Source: Candidatus Babelota bacterium
Lineage (GTDB): Bacteria; Babelota; Babeliae; Babelales; Vermiphilaceae
Reading direction: 5' to 3'
Length of the DNA stretch: 64,000 nucleotides
Assembly: GCA_049325595.1 (NCBI GenBank)
Contig: JBMOLF010000009.1
Coordinates: 1 to 64,000, forward strand
The notes under the pieces were generated by a model, which was given only the letters and a program-made list of their open reading frames with translations, did not search any database and was not told where the DNA came from. Positions 20,062-30,185 of this stretch are shown in pieces; the stretch's first letter is position 1; every line of letters starts with the position of its first letter. The position numbers and the translations under genes were made by a program.

Positions 20062-21072
20062 ATGATTATGCTAACAGCTTTATGTGCGCTTTTGTTAAAT
20101 TTGTCTGTTTACCCGAATGATAGAATTCCTTCGTGGGAAGAGTGTTCGACTAACACTCATAATTTACCTAACATTCAAGACATTATCGGTAACTACTCCA
20201 GATTATTTTCAAACATTGCAGAATGCATGGACAAACCCCATGATGATTGTGAAAAAGGATATGTCTTTTATGGACCGCCAGGAACTGGTAAATCAACAAT
20301 TCCACTTGCCCTAACAAAAGCATTAGATGGTGTCTGTTTAAAAATCTCAGGCGCAATTTTTGAAAACAAAATGCAGGGAAGTGGTCCTGAAATGATCCAA
20401 CTGCTTTTTGATCGCGCAAAAGAAATTGCATATCAAAACCAAAAGGTAATTATATTTATAGACGAAATCGATATTATTGGCGTCAGAAATATTAAACCAG
20501 AATTTAATTCAGAAGCCAATAAAACCTTAACTCAATTGTTAGTAGAAATTGACAATCTGCCAAAAGATCTTCCCATTACCATTATTGGAGCTACCAATTT
20601 TAGAAAAAAATTAGATTTTGCATTAACCCGCGAAGAACGTCTTATTGCTGTAGCAACTAAATTGCCAAACGAAAATGAACGCAAAAACATCTTATTTCAT
20701 TATGCAAACAACTATACAAATCTTAAAAATTCTCCTGAATTCATGGCCGAATTAAATAATTACGTCAAAAAAACAACAAATTTTACCCCAGCAAGTTTAA
20801 AAAAATTCATTGTCGCAGCAGCCCGGCATTATAATCCAACTGAGCCCGATAAAAAACTAATCGAAAAAATATTTCAAGAAATACAAAAAAGACATCTTGA
20901 AAACATGAAATGCTATAAAGACAAAAAAGAACAAGAAGAAGTTCGTTATAAATTGGATAAAAAATTACTCGAAAAAATGGAATTCGATGAATCATTCCAA
21001 GGGAAAGCGTGGAATTTCACAAAATTTGCTGCTTCTAATGCTATAAGCTTTCTTCTGGGTAAATACACTTAA
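20062..21072 (+). CDS. Classic-clade AAA ATPase with hydrophobic N-terminus
   Basis: Walker A GPPGTGKS, Walker B IFIDEID, second region of homology IIGATN..LDFALTREER; AGGAG RBS before ATG 20062. Confidence 0.88.
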   Translation: MIMLTALCALLLNLSVYPNDRIPSWEECSTNTHNLPNIQDIIGNYSRLFSNIAECMDKPHDDCEKGYVFYGPPGTGKSTIPLALTKALDGVCLKISGAIFENKMQGSGPEMIQLLFDRAKEIAYQNQKVIIFIDEIDIIGVRNIKPEFNSEANKTLTQLLVEIDNLPKDLPITIIGATNFRKKLDFALTREERLIAVATKLPNENERKNILFHYANNYTNLKNSPEFMAELNNYVKKTTNFTPASLKKFIVAAARHYNPTEPDKKLIEKIFQEIQKRHLENMKCYKDKKEQEEVRYKLDKKLLEKMEFDESFQGKAWNFTKFAASNAISFLLGKYT

Positions 21073-21094
21073 AAAATTTAACTAGGTCTTAATT

Positions 21095-21604
21095 ATGAAC
21101 TTATCTTTTAAATTGTTAATTTTGATCTTTATTTCTTTTTCAAATTGCTTTGTTCTATCTGATGACAGCAATGGGAATACTGCCCAAGAACTGCAGTTAA
21201 AAAAAATTGCTCTTAATGCTGATATAACAAAATTAGAGGATATGTTAAAAAAACATCATCAAAATCGTATAAGATCATACATAAAATTTGGGATCTTTTT
21301 TATTACCAGTGGGCTTTTATATTGCCTGCCATTTGCACCAGAGACCATCACTATAGAAAAGGAGAATATATTCAAATACGCACTAGCAGTTCTTTTAGCC
21401 AATAGATTTGTTCAACGGTCCTATTGCAATGCATTTGAAATCCCAAAAAAGTTAGCTATAGAAATTGCTGATAAAAAAAACCAGCTGGAGATTCTTGAGC
21501 ACTTAATTCAGCTCATGGATGGGAAATTGCATCAGCAAAATTCCACTACTAGTTGCCAGGAGCCCGATAAATTCTTATATAACGAGTTATATCATCAAAC
21601 GTAA
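21095..21604 (+). CDS. Hypothetical exported/membrane protein
   Basis: Signal-like N-terminus, coiled-coil segments flanking two hydrophobic segments. Confidence 0.65.
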   Translation: MNLSFKLLILIFISFSNCFVLSDDSNGNTAQELQLKKIALNADITKLEDMLKKHHQNRIRSYIKFGIFFITSGLLYCLPFAPETITIEKENIFKYALAVLLANRFVQRSYCNAFEIPKKLAIEIADKKNQLEILEHLIQLMDGKLHQQNSTTSCQEPDKFLYNELYHQT

Positions 21605-22058
21605 CATTATTAGCAAGATCATATCCACGTTCTGTTAATTGGCGAGCACCAAGCAAAGGTCCAGTTTGGGGGCCAAAGATGTAGTTTGTGCCCTGAAAAT
21701 ATTTAATGCCAAACAACATCTTTAAAAAGCGAGTGAGTGTACGCTCGGGTAATAATGCTACACGCACATAAATATCTTTAAATGGCTTAAATTCATAAAT
21801 ATCTACAAGAGAACCTTTGATAATTGGCCTAAGACTTATTAATAAAAATGTTGGTTTTGCCGTATTTACCGTTAATGGTAACCATTTGCCAGCAGACAAT
21901 GTTTGAATCGGTGATGTAAGCACACCGTTTAATGAATCACTTATCGCATAATTGAGATTTTGAGTATGCTTATTCCATAATTCAAAATTAATAAAATCAG
22001 CTTTAATTAAACTGCCTAATAAAAAAACAAAAAAGAGTATTGTTTTTAAAAGCTTCAT
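21549..22058 (-). CDS. Secreted hypothetical protein, 'FELxNK...PQxG...GxxLxxNV' family
   Basis: Signal MKLLKTILFFVFLLGSLIKA; FELWNK, FGPQTG, TERGYDLANNV. Confidence 0.78.
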   Translation of the reverse strand: MKLLKTILFFVFLLGSLIKADFINFELWNKHTQNLNYAISDSLNGVLTSPIQTLSAGKWLPLTVNTAKPTFLLISLRPIIKGSLVDIYEFKPFKDIYVRVALLPERTLTRFLKMLFGIKYFQGTNYIFGPQTGPLLGARQLTERGYDLANNVTFDDITRYIRIYRAPGN

Positions 22059-22074
22059 TACTGCTCTTATAGTT

Positions 22075-22104
22075 AAAAAAAGACCTAGCAAATGATGCTA
22101 GGCC
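22075..22104 (-). terminator. Intrinsic terminator (minus strand)
   Basis: CCTAGCA-AATGA-TGCTAGG with A-tract on the left, just downstream of the 22115-22477 gene. Confidence 0.65.
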
Positions 22105-22114
22105 CTTATACTTT

Positions 22115-22477
22115 TTATCGACGGTCAATAATTAATCGCCCAGAAGATGGATCTTCACTTACCGAGATATTCCATTCTTTTGCTTGACCTAAATCCGCTT
22201 GCGCTTCACGATTTGTTCCTGGAACACTTACGATAACATCAGACGGAACCCATCCACCAGTTTGAAATATACCAGTTTCCCCAGCTTGCAATGCTTGTTT
22301 ACCATATTGGGTATGCCATCCAATTAAACGCAAGGTTACATTGACAGGCCCGCGAGTGTTATTGGTAATTCTATGAACATAACCGAAATTAATGTCATTT
22401 AATCTTACAGTAGCAGCTTGTGTTGTTGCCGCACCAATTCCGAGTATAGCAGCAATTGCTAACATGCTTTTCTTCAT
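22115..22477 (-). CDS. Small secreted beta-rich protein, 'YxxRVxNxT' family
   Basis: Clear Sec signal ending TTQA; YVHRITNNT..VNVTL..IGW..QTGGW shared with genes at 45762-47000; AAGGAG RBS. Confidence 0.82.
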   Translation of the reverse strand: MKKSMLAIAAILGIGAATTQAATVRLNDINFGYVHRITNNTRGPVNVTLRLIGWHTQYGKQALQAGETGIFQTGGWVPSDVIVSVPGTNREAQADLGQAKEWNISVSEDPSSGRLIIDRR

Positions 22478-22655
22478 TACCCTCTCCTTTTATTTAAATT
22501 ACTATAATTAGTATAGATGAATTTATTTCAAATAAGCAATATTTCATGGGAGAATAAATTTTCTAAATTTTTAAAATGCCGATTTCTTTGTTTTTCAGAT
22601 AATCTATGGCATGCTGAATTAAAAACTCATTAAAAATTATAAGTGAATCATTAGT

Positions 22656-23396
22656 ATGGACAAAAAGAATAATAAACCAGTTGGTGAATTAATTTATGGC
22701 ATTCATCCCTTGATAGAAGTATTAAAGGCAAAGCGCCGTAAGGTTATCAGCATTTACACAACCAAGCCAGAGCCAAAAGCATGGCAACAACACATTGCTC
22801 CTTTAATTGCTGAAAAAAGAATCCCTATTCAATATGTACAAAGACCTATTTTGGATCGCATGGCAGGCACAACTGATCATCAAAGTATTGTTGCTTGGGT
22901 ACAACCATTTGTATTTCGCTCTAAACCTTTCGATACTCAAAAACATCCTTTTTTATTAATGCTTGATGGCATACAAGACACCAAAAATTTAGGCGCTATT
23001 TTGCGCTCTGCTTATTGCACAGGAGTATCTGGCATTATTCTCACTAAAAAATTTAGCGCTCCAATTAATGCTGCCACATTAAAAGCATCTGCTGGACTTG
23101 CTGAACATCTAGAAATACATATAGCTCAAACTCCATTAACTGCTGCGCAAGATTTAACAAAACAAGGCTACCATTTGTACCTTGCAGCATTTAATGGCCA
23201 AGATGCTACTACTGTGAATTATACAAAGCCATTAGTAATTGTAATTGGAAGTGAAGGAGAAGGAATCAGTCAAGGAATGCAAAAATTTGGCACAGTTGTA
23301 ACACTGCCACAACGAACACCAGATATTTCTTATAACGCTTCAGTTGCAGCAGGGATTTTACTTTTTATTATTTCACAAAATATTAAATTATCTTAA
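22656..23396 (+). CDS. rlmB: TrmH/SpoU RNA methyltransferase (23S rRNA G2251 RlmB-like)
   Basis: IYGIHP, HQSIVA, LDGIQDTKNLGAILRSA, IGSEGEG, SYNASVAAG. Confidence 0.88.
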   Translation: MDKKNNKPVGELIYGIHPLIEVLKAKRRKVISIYTTKPEPKAWQQHIAPLIAEKRIPIQYVQRPILDRMAGTTDHQSIVAWVQPFVFRSKPFDTQKHPFLLMLDGIQDTKNLGAILRSAYCTGVSGIILTKKFSAPINAATLKASAGLAEHLEIHIAQTPLTAAQDLTKQGYHLYLAAFNGQDATTVNYTKPLVIVIGSEGEGISQGMQKFGTVVTLPQRTPDISYNASVAAGILLFIISQNIKLS

Positions 23397-23626
23397 CGAT
23401 CAGAAAGTGGACTTTCATTGGTATTTTTTATTTGGCCAATGGGTCCCCATTCAACTCCTGTCATATAAACATTTTTCAATGCATCATAAGCGAGATTTTT
23501 TACCCCTGAAGAACTTCTTTTTCTATGATTTTTGGGTAATTGCTTTATATTATTTTTTTCTTCCATGCTCCAAGCTAAACATGGAATTGCAAGAAACATT
23601 ACAATAAAAAACATTGAAACTTTCAT
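23393..23626 (-). CDS. Small secreted hypothetical protein
   Basis: Signal MKVSMFFIVMFLAIPCLAWS then MEEK. Confidence 0.6.
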   Translation of the reverse strand: MKVSMFFIVMFLAIPCLAWSMEEKNNIKQLPKNHRKRSSSGVKNLAYDALKNVYMTGVEWGPIGQIKNTNESPLSDR

Positions 23627-23818
23627 ATAAACCCTTTTTGGCAAGAAAAATACTAGCATTATAGGGTAAGAAAAATTTATAAGATTGCAAAAAAAATTTA
23701 TCTATCACTCAATTGCTGCATGCAAAGCTGGAAAAGTGTTGACTATTAAAACATAAAAATAATAAAAAGAAAGAAAGTATCGCCTTTAAACATTGTTTTG
23801 GGGAAAGTAGGGAAAACA

Positions 23819-24514
23819 ATGACCATGAAGGTTTCCAATTTCTTTACCGGCATTGCACCTTTATTAACATTTGTTGTTTTATTTTTATGCCCTTATTTTT
23901 TATTCGTATTTAAGGGAGTGCATACAAAAATTTTGTGGGACCAAGATCAACTTTCTCAAGATTATTTAAAAACAATATCCACACATTTAAAAACAACAAC
24001 AAAAATTTTTGATTTTAAAAAAAATAATTTTGTTGAAATTAACGATATGGCAATGCGCTTTTTAAATAATGGCACTACTGAAATCAGATTAGTGGCAGAT
24101 GAACCAGTGGTGAATTTAGGTAATCGATGGATAGTCACAAAAAGGGCAATTTTAAAAGATATTAATAGTTATATTGCCTATAAAAATATTCCTTTTATTC
24201 AGCTAGCTGAAGATATTGCGCCCTCTCAATGTTTTGTTGAATGGTTAACACATATTCCTACTTCTATTTTTGAACAATTCACGCTTACTTATTTCAATGA
24301 CTTTTTCATTAAACTAACACCAAAAAAAAATAGCCTTTTTACTATAACCTGCAGTTGCCATATACCACTTTATGAAGAAACAATTTTTAATTGTCTTAAC
24401 ATAGAAAAACAACTTCTTAAAAAAACTCCTTCCAGAGAGTATTTGAATGCTGACGTTCGATTTGAAAATCAAATTATTATAAAGAAAAATAAAAAGGGGG
24501 TTTTTTATGGTTAA
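23819..24514 (+). CDS. ftsQ: Divergent FtsQ/DivIB-like cell division protein
   Basis: Single N-terminal TM, C-terminal ADVRFENQIII (FtsQ DLR motif), overlaps ftsA start. Confidence 0.6.
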   Translation: MTMKVSNFFTGIAPLLTFVVLFLCPYFLFVFKGVHTKILWDQDQLSQDYLKTISTHLKTTTKIFDFKKNNFVEINDMAMRFLNNGTTEIRLVADEPVVNLGNRWIVTKRAILKDINSYIAYKNIPFIQLAEDIAPSQCFVEWLTHIPTSIFEQFTLTYFNDFFIKLTPKKNSLFTITCSCHIPLYEETIFNCLNIEKQLLKKTPSREYLNADVRFENQIIIKKNKKGVFYG

Positions 24515-25742
24515 AAATAGGGGAGGAAACATTTTTGTTTCAATCGATATAGGAACCACAAAAATTTGTGTTCTAGTAGCTCAATCACTTGATAAAGACC
24601 ACCTTGAAATTATAGGAATAGGCAAATCTGAATCTGATGGTTTAAAAAAAGGTGTTGTTGTTGATATTGCTAAAACAATTCAATCTATAAAAAAAGCCGT
24701 AAAAGAAGCCGAGCTTATGGCTGGCATGCAAATTGAAGCTGCATGTATTGGCATCTCAGGTGCACATATTCACTCAACTAATTCACAAGGTGTTGTTCCC
24801 ATTAAACGTGGAGAAATTAGTTCATCTGATATTGCAAATGTATTAGCTGCTGCACGCGCAGTTCCCATACCAGAAGGTCAACAAATTTTACATGTGCTAC
24901 CTCAATATTTTGTAATCGATTCTCGCGAACGTGTTATAAATCCTAAAGGCATGCATGGTATCCGTCTTGAAGTTCAAGCTCATATCGTCATGGGAGCAAT
25001 CAGTTCTGTTCAAAATCTCATTAAATGCTGTCAAATGGCTGGTGTATCAGTTACTGATATAATTTTAGAACAATTAGCTTCTGCTGATGCTGTTTTAACT
25101 CCCGATGAAAAAGAAATTGGTGTCGCCGTGTTAGATATTGGCGGAGGTACTTCCGATTTAGCTATTTATCAAAACAATAGCATTCGTCACACGATGGTCT
25201 TGCCAATTGCCGGCTCTCACTTTACCAATGATTTAGCTATTGGGCTCTGCACTTCATTAAAAGAAGCTGAATTTATAAAAAAAGAATTTGGCATAGTTCA
25301 CAGCTCCTTAATAGATCACCACAGACAAATTACTATTAAAAATATCGACCAAAACACGAGTCATCTTTTGCTGCAAGAAGAAATATTTAACATTTTGCAA
25401 CCCCGTTCTTTTGAACTTTTAACGTTAATCAAAAAAGAAATTACCAACAAATATTTAAAAAGTTTTATGGCTAGTGGCTTAGTTATTACCGGCGGTGGAT
25501 CTTTGTTGAAAGGAATACAAAAACAAGCTCAAGAAATTTTTAATATGCCCATACGAATTGGAAACCCTAAAAGTTCGTATCTTTTGCCAGAATCGCTTAA
25601 TAGCCCCATTTATGCAACAGGATATGGTCTTTTAGTGCAGCTGCTTGAACAAAAAAAATCAATATTACAAGACACAAGTGAAGGACCACTGACAAAACGT
25701 ATTTATATACGCATGAAATCTTGGGTGACGGACTTTTTTTAA
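24507..25742 (+). CDS. ftsA: Cell division protein FtsA
   Basis: IDIGTTKI, GLKKGVVVDI, LDIGGGTSD, ITGGGS, YATGYGL, amphipathic C-terminal helix. Confidence 0.98.
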   Translation: MVKNRGGNIFVSIDIGTTKICVLVAQSLDKDHLEIIGIGKSESDGLKKGVVVDIAKTIQSIKKAVKEAELMAGMQIEAACIGISGAHIHSTNSQGVVPIKRGEISSSDIANVLAAARAVPIPEGQQILHVLPQYFVIDSRERVINPKGMHGIRLEVQAHIVMGAISSVQNLIKCCQMAGVSVTDIILEQLASADAVLTPDEKEIGVAVLDIGGGTSDLAIYQNNSIRHTMVLPIAGSHFTNDLAIGLCTSLKEAEFIKKEFGIVHSSLIDHHRQITIKNIDQNTSHLLLQEEIFNILQPRSFELLTLIKKEITNKYLKSFMASGLVITGGGSLLKGIQKQAQEIFNMPIRIGNPKSSYLLPESLNSPIYATGYGLLVQLLEQKKSILQDTSEGPLTKRIYIRMKSWVTDFF

Positions 25743-25759
25743 CTTTTAAGGAGAAGTAA

Positions 25760-26905
25760 ATGATTGAGCTTGAATTAGAACAATACCAAATGCCTGGTGC
25801 CACAATTAAAGTGATAGGAATTGGTGGTGCTGGGGGCAATACTATCAATAGCATTATTCAATCTGGCTATTACGGAATAGATTTTATTGCAGCAAACACT
25901 GACAAACAAGCCTTAGAACAATCTTCTGCGACAACAAAAATCCATCTAGGAGTAAAATCAACTAAAGGCCTTGGTACAGGTGCTAATCCTGAATTAGGAA
26001 AACGAGCAGCAGAAGAAGATCTTGATAACATTTTACAAAAACTTGAAGATGCTGACATTGTATTTTTAACTGCTGGAATGGGCGGCGGAACAGGCTCGGG
26101 GGCACTGCCAGTTATTGCCAAAGCACTTAAAGAAAAGGGCATTTTGTGTATTGCAGTTGTTACCAAGCCTTTTATTTTTGAGGGCAAGCGTCGTGCAGCT
26201 ATAGCAGAAGAAGTAATAGAAAAATTAAAACATGACGTAGACACACTCATTGTAGTACCTAATCAAAAACTTTTAGATGCTGTTGATCAAAATATATCAA
26301 TGATCGATGCATTTAATATGATTAATAACCTGCTTGGGCAATCGGTAAAAGGAATTGCTGATATTATTTCTAAACCAGGTCACATCAATGTAGATTTTGC
26401 TGATGTAAAAACCATTATGAAAGATCGCGGCTTAGCTTTAATGGGCACGGCAGTTGCCCGCGGTTCTCGACGAGCAGAAGAAGCTGTTCTTGAGGCAATA
26501 TCTTCCCCATTGCTTGAGAATATGAGCATAGATGGTGCTCAGGGAGTACTGCTTAATATTACGGGAAGTAAAAATTTAAGCCTTCACGAAATTAGCCAAG
26601 CAGCATCAATCATTTATGAAATGGCTCACCCTGATGCACAGATAATTTTAGGTGCAGTTGTCGATGAAGCACTTCAAGATGAAGTACGCGTTACTATTAT
26701 TGCGACAGGGTTCCCTGCGTTACAAAATAAAGAACAAAAAAACCAAACTATGGCTACTAAGCCTAATGAAAAAACAATTATTGTCGAAAAAATAGCTCCC
26801 GCACGGCAATTTGAACCTTTATCTTATGAAACCTCTTCTGTTGAAACAGATAACTTTGATACACCTGCATTTATGCGCAATCGCGAAAACAACGAAAATA
26901 TTTAA
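25760..26905 (+). CDS. ftsZ: Cell division protein FtsZ
   Basis: GIGGAGGN, GMGGGTGSG, INVDFADV, C-terminal DTPAFMR. Confidence 0.99.
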   Translation: MIELELEQYQMPGATIKVIGIGGAGGNTINSIIQSGYYGIDFIAANTDKQALEQSSATTKIHLGVKSTKGLGTGANPELGKRAAEEDLDNILQKLEDADIVFLTAGMGGGTGSGALPVIAKALKEKGILCIAVVTKPFIFEGKRRAAIAEEVIEKLKHDVDTLIVVPNQKLLDAVDQNISMIDAFNMINNLLGQSVKGIADIISKPGHINVDFADVKTIMKDRGLALMGTAVARGSRRAEEAVLEAISSPLLENMSIDGAQGVLLNITGSKNLSLHEISQAASIIYEMAHPDAQIILGAVVDEALQDEVRVTIIATGFPALQNKEQKNQTMATKPNEKTIIVEKIAPARQFEPLSYETSSVETDNFDTPAFMRNRENNENI

Positions 26906-26917
26906 GATACGATTCTC

Positions 26918-26953
26918 AAAAAGTAGCCAGAACTCTAAGCCTGGCTACTTTTT
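26918..26953. terminator. Bidirectional terminator
   Basis: AAAAAGTAGCCAG-10 nt-CTGGCTACTTTTT between convergent ftsZ and M16 peptidase. Confidence 0.85.
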
Positions 26954-26969
26954 CATCATAAACTATTTA

Positions 26970-29720
26970 CTAATCATTTTTTGGTGATGCAGGAACACGA
27001 CCAATTTTAAATGTTGTTAGATTATCTGCATTAAGCACACCATTAACGGCCTTCTTCATATCGTCAAAATTAATCTGTGACAATTGTTCTGCGCGTTTAT
27101 CAAAAAAATCTGGTGCAAAACCATAACGATCCAGCCACAAGAAAACTTCAGCTATACTTTGATTAGTTTCAAACGCTGATACGAGTGAATGTACTATTGC
27201 ATGCTTAGCTTCTTCAAATTCTTCTGGTGTAATAATTTCAAGAGCAGTTCTAATAGTATTTTTAATCGCCTTTTCTGCTTCAGGTAAACGATCTAAAGAA
27301 ACAATAGTCTTTATTAATACCATTCCTGGTTCCTCATTAGATTGGGACACTAATGATCCGCCAATCGTATAAAATAAGCCCGATTGTTCACGTAGCCTAA
27401 ATAATAACGAATGCATCGATCCTAATGCGCCGCCGCTAAACATTTGATCAAAAAGCAAAAGCTTATCATAATCAGGATGTTTGCGATTTACCGAAAGTCC
27501 AACAAATGCAAGCACCACTTGGTCTCTGTTTATTGGGTAACATACTTCAGTAGGCTTTTGTTTTTGAATAACAGGAAATTCAATTTGTTTTACCGGATTG
27601 CCTTTCCAATTACCAAATTCTTTTTCAATAATTTTAGAAACATCATAATTTAGTAAATCACCTACTATAGCAATTTTTGCCCCATCTGGTGAAATAAATT
27701 GCTTGTATGCATCAACAATTTCTTTTTTACTGATTTTTTTGAGTGACTCTTCGGTGCCCAATGCATTTTTACTATAAGGATGCCCCTTGTAAATACATTG
27801 TGAAATCAAATGACTAGCAAATGCTTTTGGCTCATCCCAGAAATTTTTTAAATTAACTAACAACTGTTCACGAATTTTTTCTATACTTTTTTCATCAAAA
27901 CGTGGATGAAATAAAATTTCTTTAAGTAACTCAAGCCCTTTTTCAAAATCAGAACTCAATAGAGAAAAAGTTACTCTGCCTGGCGTTGCATTAAAAGACA
28001 TACCACGTTGTTCTAATTCTTGTGCAAGCTGAGCAGCAGTATATTTTTCTGTTCCTTCAGCCAAAAGACGTGTCATAAAAGTGCTAAGACCCTCAAGACC
28101 TTCTGGGTCATAAAATGACTTAGCTTTAAAATCAATAATAATATCAATTTTAGGCGTTATTTTGTTGTCATAATAAAAGAGTTTTATACCGTTTGAAAGA
28201 ATCTTTTGCTGCGCACGAGGAAAATGAAATGGTTTTCCATCTTTTATTTTTAATGTCTTTGCAAACTGCGGTTCTTCAATCGGAGTTGTGCGTACATGTG
28301 TATCTAAAATTTTTTGGTCATCAAGATCCGATTCGTGTTGAATTTTGACAAGCTCTTTTTTATCGCTCTCAGAAGCAGGTAACAATAACGCTTTATGCAT
28401 CACCGATGGTCGCAAATAGGTTGCAAGAAGCTCTTGCACTTGTTTTTCAAGCCCTGGTGTTGGTTCTTGTAGATATTTAAATATATGGTTTTCATCGCCC
28501 GTTGCCAAATATGATTTACCGATTTCATAGGCTTGAGATTCAATATCTTCAAGAGTAGAATAATAATCCATTTGTGCTTTTTTGACCGCTCGTATTAATT
28601 CTTCTTTTGATAAGCCATTGTTCACAATATCAGCAATTTCTTTATTAATTTGAGCAATTATGTGATCCAAATTCTCCATATTTTTTGGTTCAAAGGCTAC
28701 AAAAAATAATCCATGATCAAACAGCATAAATGAAAATGCTTCTAAAGAAGTAACCAATTGCAACTCATCAACCAACTTCTTTTGCAAGCGCGAACCTTTA
28801 CCAGTTCCTAATATCCAAGATGCAATATCAACAATTTGGTCAACTTTTTGAGTTCTTCCCGGGATAAGCCAGCTTACTATTGCTACTGGTTGCTTTACAT
28901 CGCGGTATAATGCAACTTGTTTTGCAACCACATCGTTATGAAAATAAAATTTTTCTTTTTTATAACTTAAATTTGGCTTGATCGCTCCAAAGCTTTTTTC
29001 AGCTTCTGCAAAAACTTCTTCTGGATCAACATCCCCCACAACTACTAAAGTAGCATTATTAGGAATATAATGTTTTAAATAAAATTTGCGTAGATCTTGG
29101 GCATGGGCTTCCCAAAGATCTTGTTTAAATCCAATTATTGGATAATGGTATGGATGCTCAGCAAATATAGCAGGCAAAAGATAATCCATTATCAATGAGC
29201 GCTGATAGTTATCTCTATACATTTTAAGCTCTTGTATCACCGCTTTCATTTCAGAGCTTAAATGATCTTCCTTAAACGATGCATTCTGCATAACATCAGC
29301 CATAAGTGGCAATACTTGGTGCCAATGATGGGAAGGAGTTATCCAATAAAACGCGGTGAAATCATGCGACGTCATTGCATTTATTCGAGCTGAAAGTTTA
29401 TGGGCAATAACATTTTGATCAGACTCTGAAAGCTTTTTTGTTCCTTTGAAAATCATATGCTCAATTAAATGCGCAATCCCCTTTTCACCTGTTTTTTCAT
29501 CTTTAGAACCAACAAAGTACCACATTTCCATAATAACTTTTGGTAGCGTTTTTACGCTGCGCACGAGCACAGTGAGTCCATTTGATAAAACTTTTTTATA
29601 AACATGAGTTTCAGAAGCTTGGTTTGTATTCATTGTTTCCTTTTGAGGCGGTAGATCGCAGACAGCATGTATATTACCAAATATCATTAATAAGCCTGCT
29701 AATAATTTTTTTTGCATCAT
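26970..29720 (-). CDS. M16 family zinc protease (PqqL-like, two fused M16 units), exported
   Basis: Signal peptide; HLIEHMIFKGT (HxxEH), NAMTS, downstream E; second unit inactive with LREQSGLFY. Confidence 0.93.
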   Translation of the reverse strand: MMQKKLLAGLLMIFGNIHAVCDLPPQKETMNTNQASETHVYKKVLSNGLTVLVRSVKTLPKVIMEMWYFVGSKDEKTGEKGIAHLIEHMIFKGTKKLSESDQNVIAHKLSARINAMTSHDFTAFYWITPSHHWHQVLPLMADVMQNASFKEDHLSSEMKAVIQELKMYRDNYQRSLIMDYLLPAIFAEHPYHYPIIGFKQDLWEAHAQDLRKFYLKHYIPNNATLVVVGDVDPEEVFAEAEKSFGAIKPNLSYKKEKFYFHNDVVAKQVALYRDVKQPVAIVSWLIPGRTQKVDQIVDIASWILGTGKGSRLQKKLVDELQLVTSLEAFSFMLFDHGLFFVAFEPKNMENLDHIIAQINKEIADIVNNGLSKEELIRAVKKAQMDYYSTLEDIESQAYEIGKSYLATGDENHIFKYLQEPTPGLEKQVQELLATYLRPSVMHKALLLPASESDKKELVKIQHESDLDDQKILDTHVRTTPIEEPQFAKTLKIKDGKPFHFPRAQQKILSNGIKLFYYDNKITPKIDIIIDFKAKSFYDPEGLEGLSTFMTRLLAEGTEKYTAAQLAQELEQRGMSFNATPGRVTFSLLSSDFEKGLELLKEILFHPRFDEKSIEKIREQLLVNLKNFWDEPKAFASHLISQCIYKGHPYSKNALGTEESLKKISKKEIVDAYKQFISPDGAKIAIVGDLLNYDVSKIIEKEFGNWKGNPVKQIEFPVIQKQKPTEVCYPINRDQVVLAFVGLSVNRKHPDYDKLLLFDQMFSGGALGSMHSLLFRLREQSGLFYTIGGSLVSQSNEEPGMVLIKTIVSLDRLPEAEKAIKNTIRTALEIITPEEFEEAKHAIVHSLVSAFETNQSIAEVFLWLDRYGFAPDFFDKRAEQLSQINFDDMKKAVNGVLNADNLTTFKIGRVPASPKND

Positions 29721-29755
29721 TAATTCCTTTTTTCATACAGAATATAATCATTATT

Positions 29756-30112
29756 TCATTGATTATATTTAAGTGATTTTCCCTTAAACTGATCTATGGG
29801 ATATTTCTTTCTGTTTATTTCTATTTTTCTTGCAAAGGCTTTAGCCAAGTTTATATCACAGGTATTGCATAATGCAAGCAATGCAAATAATATATCAGCA
29901 GCCTCATTTTCAATGTTTTCTCTTTTTTTCTCCAGCGTTGCAGCAACTGCTTCACTTGATTCCCATAATAACTCTTCCATTAACTCTGAAGATTCAATTG
30001 CAATGGCCATCGATAAATTTTTAGTATTATGGTATTGATTCCATTCTCGCTCATCAACAAATTCCTTTACCATTTCTTTTAACTCTAAGATTGTTGTTTT
30101 TTGATCGGTCAT
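29756..30112 (-). CDS. MazG-like nucleotide pyrophosphohydrolase
   Basis: EREWNQYH..KNLSMAIAIESSELME..ENEAADI..KIEINRKKYP. Confidence 0.9.
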   Translation of the reverse strand: MTDQKTTILELKEMVKEFVDEREWNQYHNTKNLSMAIAIESSELMEELLWESSEAVAATLEKKRENIENEAADILFALLALCNTCDINLAKAFARKIEINRKKYPIDQFKGKSLKYNQ

Positions 30113-30185
30113 TACTATTTTCCTATTTGTTGATATATTAAAAAACAATAGACACAAAATATTCTTATAAGCAATAGCGTACTAC

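Noticed and set aside
16231..21072. DUF488 plus AAA ATPase as an anti-phage defence system
   Set aside because: Genes are 3 kb apart on opposite strands with unrelated genes between and no nuclease or other effector partner
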